Notes under the pieces: generated by a model
Told to the model about the DNA's origin: nothing
Seen by the model: only the letters and a program-made list of their open reading frames with translations
The model's database searches: none
Part shown: piece after piece, positions 50,534 through 64,000 of the stretch
Layout of the letters: each line of letters opens with the position of its first letter
Position numbering within the stretch: the first letter of the stretch is position 1
Position numbers and translations under genes: made by a program
Assembly (NCBI GenBank): GCA_051294375.1
Contig: CM119265.1
Coordinates: 6,643,489-6,707,488 of the forward strand
DNA: 64,000 nt
Reading direction: 5' to 3'
DNA from: Paraspadella gotoi
Taxonomy: Eukaryota > Animalia > Chaetognatha

Positions 50534-52301
50534 TTTCTTCTTTTCTTTCTTTCTTTCTTTCTTTCCTTTATTTCCTGTTTTTAATTTAATAAGCCTGTTT
50601 TTTTTTCGTGCGTCGTTTTTGTTTAGGTCCAGACGGCGGACGGCAGCGACAACGACTGCGACGGGGAAATCGTACGAAGAAACTCGAAACGGGAATTGGA
50701 CGATGACGTGACGGTCTGATCGACGAAGATAATGCACCGTGTGAGTACAAACGTCTCTCTCTCTCTCCTCGCCGCTCTCTCTTCTCTCTCTCTCTCCTTC
50801 TCCTCTCTCTCTCTTCTCTCTCTCTCTCCTCTCTCTCTCTACCCTCCCATAATATTACCTTTCCGTAAGCTCTTACATTGATTCTCCATAATCCCTTCAT
50901 TCCCCAGTCAGTTTTCCTATTTTCACTAGGCCGTATTGCGCTGGCGTGCTGTGAAGAGTGTGTTCATATTCGGGTAGTTTAGCCGGCGGTGTGAATAAGT
51001 CCAAAATGTTAAAGATGTACAGAGATATATAATTTAAATTTCGATAAGCGTAGCTAGATTTATTACAAAGAAATTTTTTGAATTGTCATATTTTTTTGTA
51101 GATCGATTTAGAGTTTCCGTATGATCAAGTATCCCTGAATCAATTTCCAGATTTATGTTTTTTTGTTAACTAATTACCATCTGGTGATTTAGTTTTTTTA
51201 ACATTTCTTCAATTTAAAATTTTAGGTTTTTACTTTCAGCGCCTTATTTAGGATCCGCTAAATAATTTTTTAAATTTGTCATTTCGTTAAATATTTAAAG
51301 CTTCGCTTAACAAGACATGAACTTGAATCAAATGCATTTTTTGAAAACGTTAGTATAGAAAAGAAAATTTTTTTGAATAGGATTGCACGTAGAGATAAAA
51401 TGTTCAATTTGGCCCTGGCTTTATGTACATTGTACACTGTACAGTGTACACTGGATAGTTTCACTTTTATCACCCACGCTATGTATACAGTTTTGCATCA
51501 AAACGGAAACCGCGGAAAAACAAATCCCCCCCCCTCTTTCTTATTCTCCGCTTTTAAAAAATAATTATCTTCCCTGACGAGGGAACGCGCACTTTGAGCT
51601 CGTGAGCACAGTCGCGCTGTTTCGAGCACTGTGTAGAGTTGCCCAGTGCACAGTTGTCCGGATCGTTTTCAGTGAGGCAGACGAATCCTCGTCCGGGCGA
51701 CGGCAGTCGACAACGATCTCGCGACGGAGACGTCGACGAAGAGGACGATCAACGGGCGCGACGACGACGGCGACCACGCCATCGACGAAGACACCGTGCC
51801 GGTACATATATCGCTCCCTTTTTTAAAATCGCTTTCTAGCTCATTTTATCACTCGTTTATGTCTTTTTTTATGTCGATCCTTCTCACGCTATTATAAGTT
51901 TCTTTTCTGGCTCCGACTATCCTTCTTTTCTTTTCCTCGCTCTTCGTTATTGCTCCTTTAAATTTCCTTTATTTCTTTTTTATTACTCCTTCCATCGGAC
52001 ATTTTTTCCATAGCTCCTATGGATTCTTTTATCGCTCTTCAAACAATGAACAATTAATATGAATTTAACTGACTTTGACAATGTATGAATGAGCCACTTC
52101 TTGTTTCTGATTTTGTTGAGTTTTATATACTATATTTGCCTCAAAGATCAAAAAGAGAAACAATGTTTTCCTTTTTTCTTTCATATATTTCTTATATCCT
52201 AACATTCTTTTTTTATCTTGTTTATTATCTGGAGACCTCAGGCTCAGCGAAAACAAAAAGTGTCTTATCACAAAATCTAATCCTTAAACTATTTTATTTT
52301 T

Positions 52302-52392
<91 letters not shown>

Positions 52393-52409
52393 TTTTCTCC
52401 TTTCTCTCT

Positions 52410-52481
<72 letters not shown>

Positions 52482-52501
52482 ATCAAAAATAGTGTACACG
52501 A
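50460..52501 (+). other. Inverted copy of the 5'-most part of the array (two repeat exons plus introns), probably a mis-assembly or fold-back read
   Basis: Plus-strand repeat exons at about 50627-50740 and 51673-51801 and the introns around them are the reverse complement of about 31280-32777. The block contains an unrelated segment at about 50900-51420 and ends at a 25-N gap. Confidence 0.75.
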
Positions 52502-52526
52502 NNNNNNNNNNNNNNNNNNNNNNNNN
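52502..52526. other. Assembly gap (25 N)
   Basis: Run of 25 N at the end of the inverted block. Confidence 1.
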
Positions 52527-52598
52527 TCGACATAAAAAAGACATAAACGAGTGATAAAATGAGCTAAGAAGCGATTTTAAAAAGGGAGCGATATATGT

Positions 52599-53321
52599 AC
52601 CGGCACGGTGTCTTCGTCGATGGCGTGGTCGCCGTCGTCGTCGCGCCCGTTGATCGTCTCTTCGTCGACGTCTCCGTCGCAGTCGTTGTCGACGCCGTCG
52701 CCCGGACGAGGATTCGTCTGCCTACACTGAAAACGATCCGGACAACTGTGCACTGGGCAACTCTACACAGTGCTCGAACAGCGCGGACTGTGCTCCGAGC
52801 TCAAGTGCGCGTTCCCTCGTCAGGGAAGATAATTATTTTTTAAAGCGGAGATAAGAAAGAGGGGGGGGATTTGTTTTTCGCGGTTTCCGTTTTGATGCAA
52901 AACTGTATACATAGCGTGGGTGATAAAAGTGAAACTATCCAGTGTACACTGTACAGTGTACAATGTACATACAACCAGGCAATGATGTGGCACAACAACG
53001 CAACTCATTCCATCAGCGTTGCGCAACAAGCAAACGCCAAATATACGCGGTCCAGATATGAAAATAGGACGGCAAAACATGAACTGGGGAACATTGACAG
53101 GGATTACATACGGGAATGAAATTCCAAAATGCTAGTGATGGCTTTACGCATAAGGTAATATTATTACCTGGGAGGGGTTAGAGAGAGGAGGAGAGAGAGC
53201 GAGAGAGAGAGAGAGAGAGAGAGTTTGTACTCACCGGTGCGTTATCTTCGTCGATCAGACCGTCACCGTCATCGTCAATTCCGTTTCGAGTTTCTTCGTC
53301 GATTTCCCCGTCGCAGTCGTT
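52599..53321 (-). CDS. Gene 3: two most 5' repeat exons (continuation of copy B after the gap)
   Basis: CRQTNPRPGDGVDNDCDGDVDEE...DEDTVP at about 52725-52599 and ..NDCDGEIDEETRNGIDDDGDGLIDEDNAP at about 53321-53235. They correspond to copy A at about 32043-31908 and 32693-32575. Confidence 0.7.
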
Positions 53322-53339
53322 GTATATTATTTTTTCTCA

Positions 53340-56300
53340 CATGTCTCTTCATCTATTTTGCGTCACATCAATTGTCGAGGCTGTCCAACCCAGGATTCAT
53401 GACATTGATGCATCACTAATGGGTATACTTTAGATCTTTGCTTGATTATGGTCCTTCGCACTTTATTTGTTCTCACACACACTCTCTCACTAGAGAGAGA
53501 GATAATTTTCGCGCATCGCCAACGTCATCTTTTTTATTAAATATTTCTTTCGTCGATCTTCCAATCCGCAATCATTGTCCTAGACTGTCCCGGGTTCCAT
53601 CAGTGGAGGGTGGCAACTGATTGGAATAAAATATGTGAATCTTTTTGGCATCAGTTTTTGGGCAGAAGTAGGTTACCTTAGAGTGGAAACAGCTTCAATT
53701 TTGGCCAGAAGAGGCTTACCTGACTAAACTTCCCTCATAACAACAAATCATCTCCTATCGTCATCCTTTTTATTGTAAAATTTCTTCATCGATATTTTCC
53801 TCAGCAATCCAAGTGTGCTAAACTGTTCACGGGTTCATTTGGACGAAGAACTATAGGCTCAAAAAAATTACTCATTGTTACATTATTATAGTCAATAATT
53901 CGTAGTATTTTCCATCTGTCATCCTCAATTCAATATGCCGATCCCGTCATCCACTATTTTGTTTAAATGTCTCTTCGATCTATTTTTCCGCTCAACATCA
54001 TTGTCAAGGCTGTCACGCAGGATTCATTGACCGATTGTTATGGCACACTAATGGGGTAAACTTTAGATCTTTTTCTGATTATTATTTGCAAATTTAATTG
54101 TAATCAATTCTTACTAATATGAGCATCTTATCATTTTCCCATTTCGCCATCGTCGCACATTCCATCTATTCATTAATATTTCTTCATTGATATTTATCCA
54201 TCGGCAATCATTGTCTAGACTGTCCCCGGGTCTCGCACATGGAGGGAGTGCACTGATTGATAAAATATTGTGATCTTTACTTGCGATCAGTTTTTGAGCA
54301 AAGAGGACTTAGACCTTTTTGACGCAGAAGAAGGGCCTTACCTTGCTAATCCTCATCCACAAATACCATCTCCATCGTCATCATTTTTATTGAAATTTCT
54401 TCTCGATGATTTTTCCCGTCGCAGATGTGCAAAGGAGGAGGTACACCAGGTTTCATTGACGACGCCAACAAGCCTTAATACTAAAACAGCTCAGAAAAAA
54501 ATTACAAGGTTTCAATTTACCATTATTGCAATAATCACAATGATACTTTTTACCCATCTGTAGATCTCCATCAATATCGCCGTCGCGCGTGGCATCCATC
54601 TAACTTTTGTTAAAATGTCTCTTCGTCTACTTTTCCATGGCACAATCATTGTCGAGAAGCTGTCCACCCAGGATTGCATTGAACGTTGATATCACACTAA
54701 TCGGGTAACATTTTATATCATTTCAATTATTTCAATTTAAATTGTTAAAATTCTTACTAATACTGAGATCTTCATGCAATTTCCGTCGCCTGGTCATCTT
54801 TTCTATTAAACTTATCTCTTCATCTCAATATTTCCAATCACAGTACATTGTCTAAAATGTCGCCAGGGTTCAATCGAAGTCGATCGACACACTACTTAAT
54901 GAAGCACTCGCTGAGAATTATACTCGCCTGCTCTTAATGTCGTCTGACTCATCCAAAACTTAAATCTTCATCGCGATTCACCATACTTCATCGTCAACTC
55001 TGGCTTATCTGAAATACGTTTCCTCATCTATTTTCCATCACAATTCATTGTCAGAGATTATACCGCTTTACCATTTCTGACTGGAACACTAATTACAAAA
55101 AAAAATTAACAAAACTAATAATTCTACATCTTTATCAAACGCGGAAACGGGAATTAATATTTCTAAATTTAATCATATAATATTGAAGACAGCATCTCTT
55201 TTGATCAAATAATCTCTGAAATATAAAATTTTATAAACATACATAGAAAATTAATCCGCATATATCATTAGCTCATATATCATATATACTCTGATCGAGT
55301 GTCCACAGCCAAAAGCTTACTAAAATAGATCTCATCAACTTTTTCCATCCGCGTCATCGTCCTCCGTCCCGTTAAAGATTTCGCCTCAATCAAATTCTTT
55401 CGTCGCAGTCGGTTGGAGTCTAATCGCCGGCGCTCATGGAATCTGACTGGGTACACTTAGTATTTTATCGTTTTTTAAGGCATAAAATCATCTATCTTAC
55501 AAACAAAGTTTTTTGTTATTGACGCAAGATCTTCGTCAATTATTCATCCCCATCATCATACCGATTCGTTAATATTTCTTCATCTATTTTCCTCATCACA
55601 ATCATTGTCCAAAAGAATCTCCAGGTTCCATCGTGATCTTTTAGCAACTATTAATTAATTAATTATCTCGTTATAACTTTGTGCGGTTTAGAAGGAGCTT
55701 ACCAAAACTAGATCCTCATCAATCAGTCCATGCTTCATCGTCAATCTTTTTGTTTAAAGATCTCTTCATCTATTAAGCCATCGCAGTGCATTATCAATGC
55801 TATCTCCCGGGATTCATTATCGATTTTTATACCTGATAAATAACTGTTATTAATTTGCATAACGTGAAAGGAAAAGCCTTTGTATTAAGTCGACTAAATG
55901 AATTCATATGACTGAGATCCTCGTCTATCTGCCTACCATCGAACCGTCATCAAATCTTTCTGTTAAAAATTTTTTCATCAATTAATCATCGCAGTCGTTG
56001 TCCAAATTATCCCCGCCGGATTTCATTGAGGACGTTGTACACTATTATTCAATTTATGACATTACATAAACTAATTTCAAACATACGCACTTCTCTTCCA
56101 ATTTTTCAAAAAAAAATCTACCCGCAATTGAAAATCTGCATGCAATTTTTCCGTCGCCGTCATCGTCCCGTTGTTGAAGACCTCCTCGTCAATTTACCAT
56201 CACAATCATTGTCAATGACATCGCAGCTTTCATGGGCGTTTCAATGGCACTAAAGAAACAACTTTTTATACATAGGGACGTTGAATTTCTACGTGTCATA

Positions 56301-59300
56301 GAAATACTACCGTTTTAGAGATCTTCATCAATTAGCCCGTCACCATCATATCTTTTTTTATTAAGATGTTTCTTCGTCATAGTTTCCCCATGCACATCGA
56401 TTGTCCAAGCTATTCGCAGGTAGGCAGGCATCGTAACACTTTTAAAAAAATCTTCAAAGTCATTCTACCCAAACTTCCTGCATACCAATTCAAATTATAA
56501 CTAGGCCTAGTTTGTTAAAACATGTGTTACGCATCTGGCGTGGTTAAAATGAATTCAATTATTTTCTGACGGTTGAGCAATGTTAATACAATTCGTTTTA
56601 TTGTGTTAAATAACCTTTTTACCTTCTCCATTTTGTTAATTACCTGAATGAGAATCTTCATCAATATGTTCACATCTTTGTCATCATCTTTTCGGTTAAA
56701 ATATTTCTTCATCAATGTTAGCCCTGCAGTCTTGTCGCAGGTTATCTCCAGGTTTCATTGGATGTCAATGTATCACTATTAATACTTTAAAAAATTTGCA
56801 ACGTTGTTTTTTTATAAACTAAACCAAACATCTTTTTTGTAATTCCTAACCTCTTTAAGATCTTCATCGAATTCGTCCATCTTTGGTCATCATCCATTCT
56901 GTTAAATATCTCTTCATCAATTTTTTCATCACAGTCCTTATCTAGACTATCACCAGGTTTCATTGCGGATTTAGTACACTAATTTGAAAAAAAATCAAGT
57001 ATCTTTTAAAGAAAATTGATTTGTATTTATAGTGATAAACTGTGCGACTCATGTTTTCTTGAATAGTTTTCATGTTTTCTATAGTTTTATTTTTGTTTCT
57101 TTTATGTAAAAGTATATATGAGATTATTTTTTACCAAAACTAAGTCTTCATCTATTTCTCCAATCCCCATCGTCATCTTTGTTGTTTAAATATTTCTTCA
57201 TCAATACTTCCATCGCAGTCATTGGTCCAAACTATCGCCAATTTCATAGGAGATAAGGTGCACTATTAAAAAAGCAAATTTTCTATTTTCTTTTTATTAA
57301 ATGTTTCCTCATCTATGAATCCGTCAAATCATTGTCGAGACTATCGCCAGTATTCAATGGCAGCTTTTGTACACTGATTAACAATATTTGTTATTCTTTA
57401 AAGGATTGAAAAACCTTATATAGATATAAATCTTTACCTGAGTAAGATCTTCATCAATATCTCCATCCCCATCATCAATCTTTTTATTAAAACAGCTTCC
57501 TCATCAATAAATCCAATCACAGTCATTGTCATCATTATGCTCCGGGAACGCATTCGCGACAGAGTGCACTATCAAATGTTTTCAATTTTGGATTACTTTT
57601 CGAGCTAAATTTAAAAAAATCCTTATTTTCAACCTTAAGTTTCTTACCATTCTAAATCCTCATCTTACTCCATCAAGATCGTGTCTTGTTTATTAAAAGT
57701 TTCCTCATCAATGTTTCCATCGCAATCATTATCAAGACCATCTCCCGGTTCCATTGGAGTAGCCTTGCACTTGAATGAAATTTTTTTTATGTGAATATAT
57801 TGATCTTTTTATTTCGATAACTTTTAATTACCAATCTTAAATCCCTCATCAATTTTTCATCCCCATCATCATCATCTCTGTTAAATATTATTCTCATCAA
57901 TAATTCCATCACAGTCGTTATCTAATCCATCCCCTGCTTCGCATAGGCGAAGTAACACTGAACAAATTCGTTTAATATATAACAATTCCTTGTTCTAAAG
58001 TTGGAATTGTGAAAAAAAAAATGTCGTTTTAGTTGGCGCGAGAAGCGAAAACTGGTCAAAAGATTCGTTTGAATTTTAATAGAGATTTCTCTCCAGACAA
58101 AAAAGCATCTGTAGCCGATGTTGAAAATGCTAATATCGGCTTGAATTTATGCTTATTTCAGTCGTCAAAAGCTGTCCAAAGCTGTCACAGCTGTCAAAAG
58201 CTTCTACATAGAAGAAGTTCTATTTATTTCCTATTATATTATCGTGATAAATTTAAATAGCATCCCCCTGGATTTCTAGTAGCTGGTAAAACGTTGGCAA
58301 ACGGGAATCTACGATGGCGGGTTGAAGCTGCAATGAATATCAGTTCACAAGCAAAGGGGCATATATGATTCAAAGGAAGATTCAGTGATGCATTGTTAGG
58401 ATTTGACAAAAAAGTGACACCAAACACTGTTCTAAATCTTCGTCGCTATTCCCGTCGTTGTCGTCGTCTCTCTCGTTAAATGTCTCTTCGTCGATCCCTT
58501 CCGTCGCAGTCGTTGTCCAGCCCATCCCCGGAACCATCCGTGTTGGTTCACACACTGATGAACATGTGGCAAGATTCGTGCTAATCATTCATATTTTTAA
58601 TATTCAAATGAGCATGAGTCATTCAATCTAATTTGCATATTGCAGCCTTTGAAATTTATTATGGAATATCAATGATGTCTCTTTTACAAGATAAAGTTTA
58701 AATTTAGGAACCATAGTATACATTAATATTAATATTTCAAACTCACCAATTGTAAATCTTCGTCGCTGTCGCCGTCGCCGTCGTCGTCGTCCCTGTTGAA
58801 AGTTTCTTCGTCGATTTCTTCCGTCAGCAGTCGTTGATCGATTTCCGTCTCCCGGTTCCATCGGAGTTGGTTGGCACTGAACCCAATTAAATGTGGCTGA
58901 TTCTTACGACTTGTTGCACCTTAATTAACACTAGTCAAGCGAAGCCGAGGGAGCGCACATCCAAGGGTTCGAATCATGGACTCAGAGTTGGGATCAGGGC
59001 CACAGAAAAAAGTTATAAATCGATGAAACAAACTTTTATAACTCTCAGTAAGCTACAGCTGACGTGACTGACCTTGATTGATGAATTTGATGGCGAAACA
59101 ACATAATAACGGAACAAACGACGTCACAAATATCTCTCGCATTCACAAAGACTCACCAGCTTAAGATCTTCGTCAACTTCTCCGTCGGCATCGTCCGTCT
59201 CTTTCGTCGAAAGTCTCTTCATCGATTTGACCGTCGCAATCATTGTCCAAACTGTCTCCGGGTCGCATTGGCGTCACTTGACACTGAATGGAGACAATTA

Positions 59301-59759
59301 GGTGAGCACGAGGACATTCCACGCTAAAACTGCCTGGTGCCTATGGTACGTACTCTTTGGTGCCAACGAGTCATCAGAAACCTCACAGATTAGTATGTGG
59401 CAACGTCTTTGTTATGAGTCGTACGTCAGAAATCGCGTCGAACTTTCAGAATGTAGTTATTTTTTTTTATTTATTATCAATTCTAGCATGATTTAACATT
59501 AATTCATCGTAAATTCAGTGAAGACATATTGATCTTCGATTTTGTCAAACCATCATAAACCTACCAACTCCAAATCTTCGTCGACGTCTCCGTCTCCATC
59601 GTCGTCTTTTTCATTGAAGACTTCTCGTCAATTCGGCCGTCGCAGTCATTGTCAAACTGTCACCCGCGGTTGCATTGGCGTCTCATGACACTGGAGAGTG
59701 GAGAGTGGACAGTAAATAAAATCGATTCAACATGAAACAAGGGGTGAAGTGGCTTCTCT

Positions 59760-59791
<32 letters not shown>

Positions 59792-60105
59792 ATCTCCTCC
59801 TCTCTCTCTCCTCTAGTCTAAATGTCTAACCATATTTTATATCAAGATAATACGAATGCGTCTAAAACTGCACATTCTGACGAAAGTAATGCGAATCCCT
59901 GCAACATTTTTTCATAAACAAAGTTTCACCTGCTCCAGGTCTTCGTCGACTTTGCCGTCACCAATCGTCGTCTTTTTCGTTGAAGACTTCCTCGTCAATT
60001 GCGGCCGTCGCAGTCGTTGTCCAAACTGTCACCCGGTTTGCATTGGCGTCGCATGGCACTGGAGAGTAAATAAAATCGATTCAAAACATTAAACAACGGG
60101 CGAAG

Positions 60106-60145
<40 letters not shown>

Positions 60146-63100
60146 ATGTCTAATGTCAAACCATATTTTTCTTGATTTATAGTTATATCAAGATAATACG
60201 CAAATGCGTCTAAAACCGCACATTCTGACGAATTATGCGAATCACCTGTTCCAAGGTCTTCGTCGAACTTTGCCGTCACCAATCGCGTCTTTTTCGTTGA
60301 AGACTTCTTCGTCAATGGGCCGTCGCAGTCGTTGTCCACGCGGGTCGCCAGTCCTGCAATCTCAGATTTTTCTGCACTGAAAGCAAATATAAAGGTATTG
60401 GTGACATGTTTACGAAGCTTTCTAAAAGAAAAATTCATATAAATTAATCAATGATATAACTGATAAATTAATACGTAAATAATTAGTAAACGATAATGAT
60501 CAGTAAAGAGTAAATAAAAATAATTATAATTTGTTGCCCACCAAAAATTGCCTTATCAATAAAAAAATAATTATCAATTATTTAAAAAAAAATAATTAAT
60601 AAATAATATATTATTGAAATTATCAAATTGGTAAAAATAATTAAAAATTAAAAAAATCGGCTAAAAGTTAATTTAGCGTTTTAACCGTACTATGATCTTC
60701 ATCTTGGTAAAGTCAGCCTCAACCGTCTCCAAGTCTTCGTCGACCTCGCCCGTCGCCGGTCGTCGTCTTTCCTCGTTGAAGGTCTCCTCGTCGATCTGTC
60801 CGTCGCAGTCGTTTGTCGAGACCGTCGCCGGGCGCCTGGAAGTTTTGCTGCACTGGAGGAACGAAAGAGCAAAAATAAAGATCGAGTTATGAAGGGAAGA
60901 ATTCCCTGAGATTTTAAAGGTTTATTCTATCTTTGTCATATTCGGCATTCAAGGTTTTACCTAATCTTTATATTAAAAGTCTACAAGTTTAACTGTGAAA
61001 CGTAAAAATATTATAAAGACCTAGGTAACAAAATCATTGATAATAATAATATACAATTTATTATCATAAATAAACTTTTTTTTAAAATGCAACTTGGTCC
61101 TAAGTTTTGGACTGTTAATGTAATTTAGTAAGCATAGACGTCAATGAGACAATTAGATTAAAGGTTAAATCTATCTAGTAGAAGCATAAATCAAATCATG
61201 CTACTCAAGATATTTGAAGAAAGAAAATTACAAAATGCGGGTGTTTTAAACCACAAAAACTAAATCGCTAAAGTGCGCAATTATTCTAGCGCAAAAGAGA
61301 AAATTCTATGACTACCGATTCTATAGACTATAACTACGCGTTATCTTTTCTTTGCCAAAAAAAAAAACGAAAAAAGAAATTTGATGGAAAGGATTACCAT
61401 CCGCTAAATCTTCGTCAATATCGTCGTCGCCGTCGTCGTCTTTCTGGTCGAATCTCTCTTCGTCAACGTCGCCGTCGCAGTCATTGTCAATCCCGTCTCC
61501 CGGCTCCGTTTCAGTCCGTTCGCACTGATCGCGCCAAGAATTCGTTTTCAACCTTTCGATTTATCTACGTTTTGATAGCCATCCCTCGATAACTATCCCT
61601 CGACAAAAAAAAAAATAATTTCTCGAATACCAGCGAGACATCCTCGTCGATTCTTTCGTCGTCGTCGTCGTCTCTTTTTGTCGAAGATTTCTTCGTCAAT
61701 TCTGCGGTCGCAGTCGTTGTCAACTTTGTCTCCCGGTACGGCATCTGTTTCTTCGCACTAATCGTTTCAAAATAGAATTAGCTCCAGGTCGGGTTCGATG
61801 CGGAACGTTTAATTTAATATTTTTGAATAGTTGGATTTATAAACATCGGGAATCCGCAGCTAAATCTTCATCAATAAGTCCGTCGCCATCGTCGTCGACT
61901 TGGTTGAAAAGTTTCTTCATCGATTTTCCCATCGCAATCGTTATCCAGTCGATCTCCCGGCGCTTGGGCTACTTTTTTTCACACTATGGTTTTTAAACCG
62001 AATACTGCGATAGAACCGAATGACGGAAATATTTTTTTTTTCTTTAAAATTTCCTTAAACAGAATCTTGACATTGTCAAGTCAACTTGGGCCTACCAAAG
62101 ACGCATCTTCGTCAATTTGTCCATCGCCGTCATCGTCGATCAAGTTGAAGATTTCCTCATCTATTTCTCCGTCGCAGTCATATCAATACCATCTCCCGCT
62201 TTTTGATTCGTCTTGGAAACACTACGTAAAGTATTACAATGAAAATCTAAATTAATCTCGTAAGCTCTTACATTATTGTTTACATAGAACAAATCCTCGT
62301 CCATCCTTCCATCTTCGTCGTCGTCTCTTCGATTAAAAATTTCCCTCGTCTATTTTACCGTCGCAGTCATTGTCGATTCGATCCCCCGAGATTTGTTTCG
62401 TTTCTTGGCACTGCGGGACGTGGAGGCCGTTATAAAACCGATATTTCTACGAGCATGAAACTTTTTTTTTCTCCATAAAAACACACGAGCCACTCGAAGT
62501 TGATACCGCGGCCAGGTCCTCGTCAATTTTTCCGTCGTCATCATATCCGCAAAGTTGAAAATTTCTTCCGTCTATTCAACCCGTCACAATCGTTTATCTA
62601 CGTTGTCGCCGGCCAGAACCTCTGTCTGTCGCAACTGTGATAATAAATCGACAGTATAAGTTGAATTGTTTGTTTGTTTGATAAAAACGAAAAAAAAAAA
62701 ATTTACCGCGTCCGAGATCCTCATCGACGTAGTTATCCCATCGTATCTATTTTGTCAACGTTTTCCTTCGTCAAATTTTGCCGTCACAAATCGTTTATCG
62801 ATTCCATCGTTAGGCACGGTGGCTGACTTTTCGCACTGAAAATTATATCCGTGACATTCGTGAAAGCCTTTCCAGCCTGTCGATTGTCGACGTCTAATTA
62901 ATTTGGTCCTTCTTTTATAGAAATGCGCATTTTTTCCGCAAAAATAAAGGTTGAGGGTTAGAAGATAAAGGTATTAGAGTAAAGGATTGGGGTTATGTAT
63001 TTGATAAAAGATAATAATTAAATATATTCAGAATTAAATTTAAGTATAGAGTTGAAACAGAAATGGTGGCGCCTTCGAAAAATAGTGCCGAAGATTTTAA

Positions 63101-64000
63101 CCATGACCAAATCTTCGTCGATTTTCCCATCTCGTCTTCGTCTTGAAGATCGAATCTTTCTTCGTCGATTCTTCCGTCGCAATCGTTGTCAATGCTGTCG
63201 CCCGGGAGGGCTTCAGTAGATCGACACTGTTCATTGAACAGTAAGCTTCAAAAAATTAACATTTATATTTTATCTCTAAAAAAGAGTTTTTTTTTTATTA
63301 CAAAGAATTTTATTGTCAACTTTTATAAATATGGTGTCACTGAAAGTTTTAAATTTTATTATTTAAACAAGACTTTTTAAAAGTTTTAAACGATCCTTAA
63401 CCTCAAAAAAAGTCAATGAAATCATTCCGGTTATCTTTTTGGAATGAAAAAACTAGTTTATGTTTATGTTATGTTTATGTTATGTTTATTGATGTTATAT
63501 GAAATTGAGTCGAAAGCACAACTCAATAATAAATTATACCTATATCATCTTAATATAAATAAGCATTTTACTTATAAATAAGCTATCTTGCCTCCTGACT
63601 TTGGACAGGCTTTGGTGGATTAAGGCTTCCATCACTCTTACAAGATAATGAATTATGTTATTTTATATTTTATGTTTATGTTTATGTTCCTCTTACGAAG
63701 TCGAGGTCTTCGTCCACAGCGCCATCTCCGTCGTCGTCTTCAGATTAAAAATCTCCTCGTCTATTGTTCCGTCGCAGTCGTTGTCGACGCCGTCGCCAGG
63801 GAAGACGATCGAGAGTTTACACTGAAGACAAACAGTTTAACCGGCGAATGATTGGGAGGCGTCGAGCCGAACCTCACCCGCTAAACTCACCAACGCCAAA
63901 ATCTTCGTCCGTCCCTTCTCGTCCCCAGTCGTCGTCAATCTCGTTAAACGTCTCCTTCGTCAATTGTTCCGTCGCAGTCGTTATCAACGCCGTCGCCGGC
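53340..64000 (-). CDS. Gene 3, copy C: partial, error-rich third copy of the repeat-exon array
   Basis: Same exon and intron series as copy B from about 38000 to 48220. Dense single-base indels, especially 53.3-56.8 kb. No terminal exon; runs off the window end. Confidence 0.7.

Noticed and set aside
17581-63851. Many plus-strand ORFs rich in SSSI.PSQSLS or VVV
   Set aside because: They are antisense shadows of the Asp-rich minus-strand exons.
16397-64000. CRISPR-like or prokaryotic diversity-cassette reading of the regularly spaced repeats
   Set aside because: The repeats are protein-coding, vary at synonymous sites and are bounded by AG/GT splice sites. The spacers are introns, and no cas, recombinase or reverse transcriptase gene is visible.

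Overview
Eukaryotic (invertebrate-like, AT-rich, short GT-AG introns, microsatellite-rich) genomic DNA, so the supplied ORF track is mostly uninformative. It holds a minus-strand tandem cluster of related secreted-protein genes. Gene 1 (273-2912, 3' end outside the window) and gene 2 (7343-11859, complete, 13 exons, 610 aa by my exon count) encode a signal peptide, a furin-type propeptide and an IgGFc-binding (FCGBP N-terminal-like) domain. Gene 2 then has two Asp-rich C-x7/8-GDxxDNDCDGxIDEE-x-DDDGDGxxDED repeats and a coiled-coil tail ending in Cys-Cys. Gene 3 has a homologous coiled-coil/CC last exon, preceded by more than 50 tandem, mostly 126-nt, phase-0 exons, each encoding one 42-aa acidic repeat. 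This array is the main discovery candidate. It appears three times (about 14.2-32.8, 32.8-53.3 and 53.3-64 kb), with two 25-N gaps, an inverted fragment and raw-read-like indels, so the triplication is most likely an assembly artefact. Several MITE-like elements, hairpins and a minisatellite built from an exon end are also present. Domain names come from motif recognition by eye; no database search was run.
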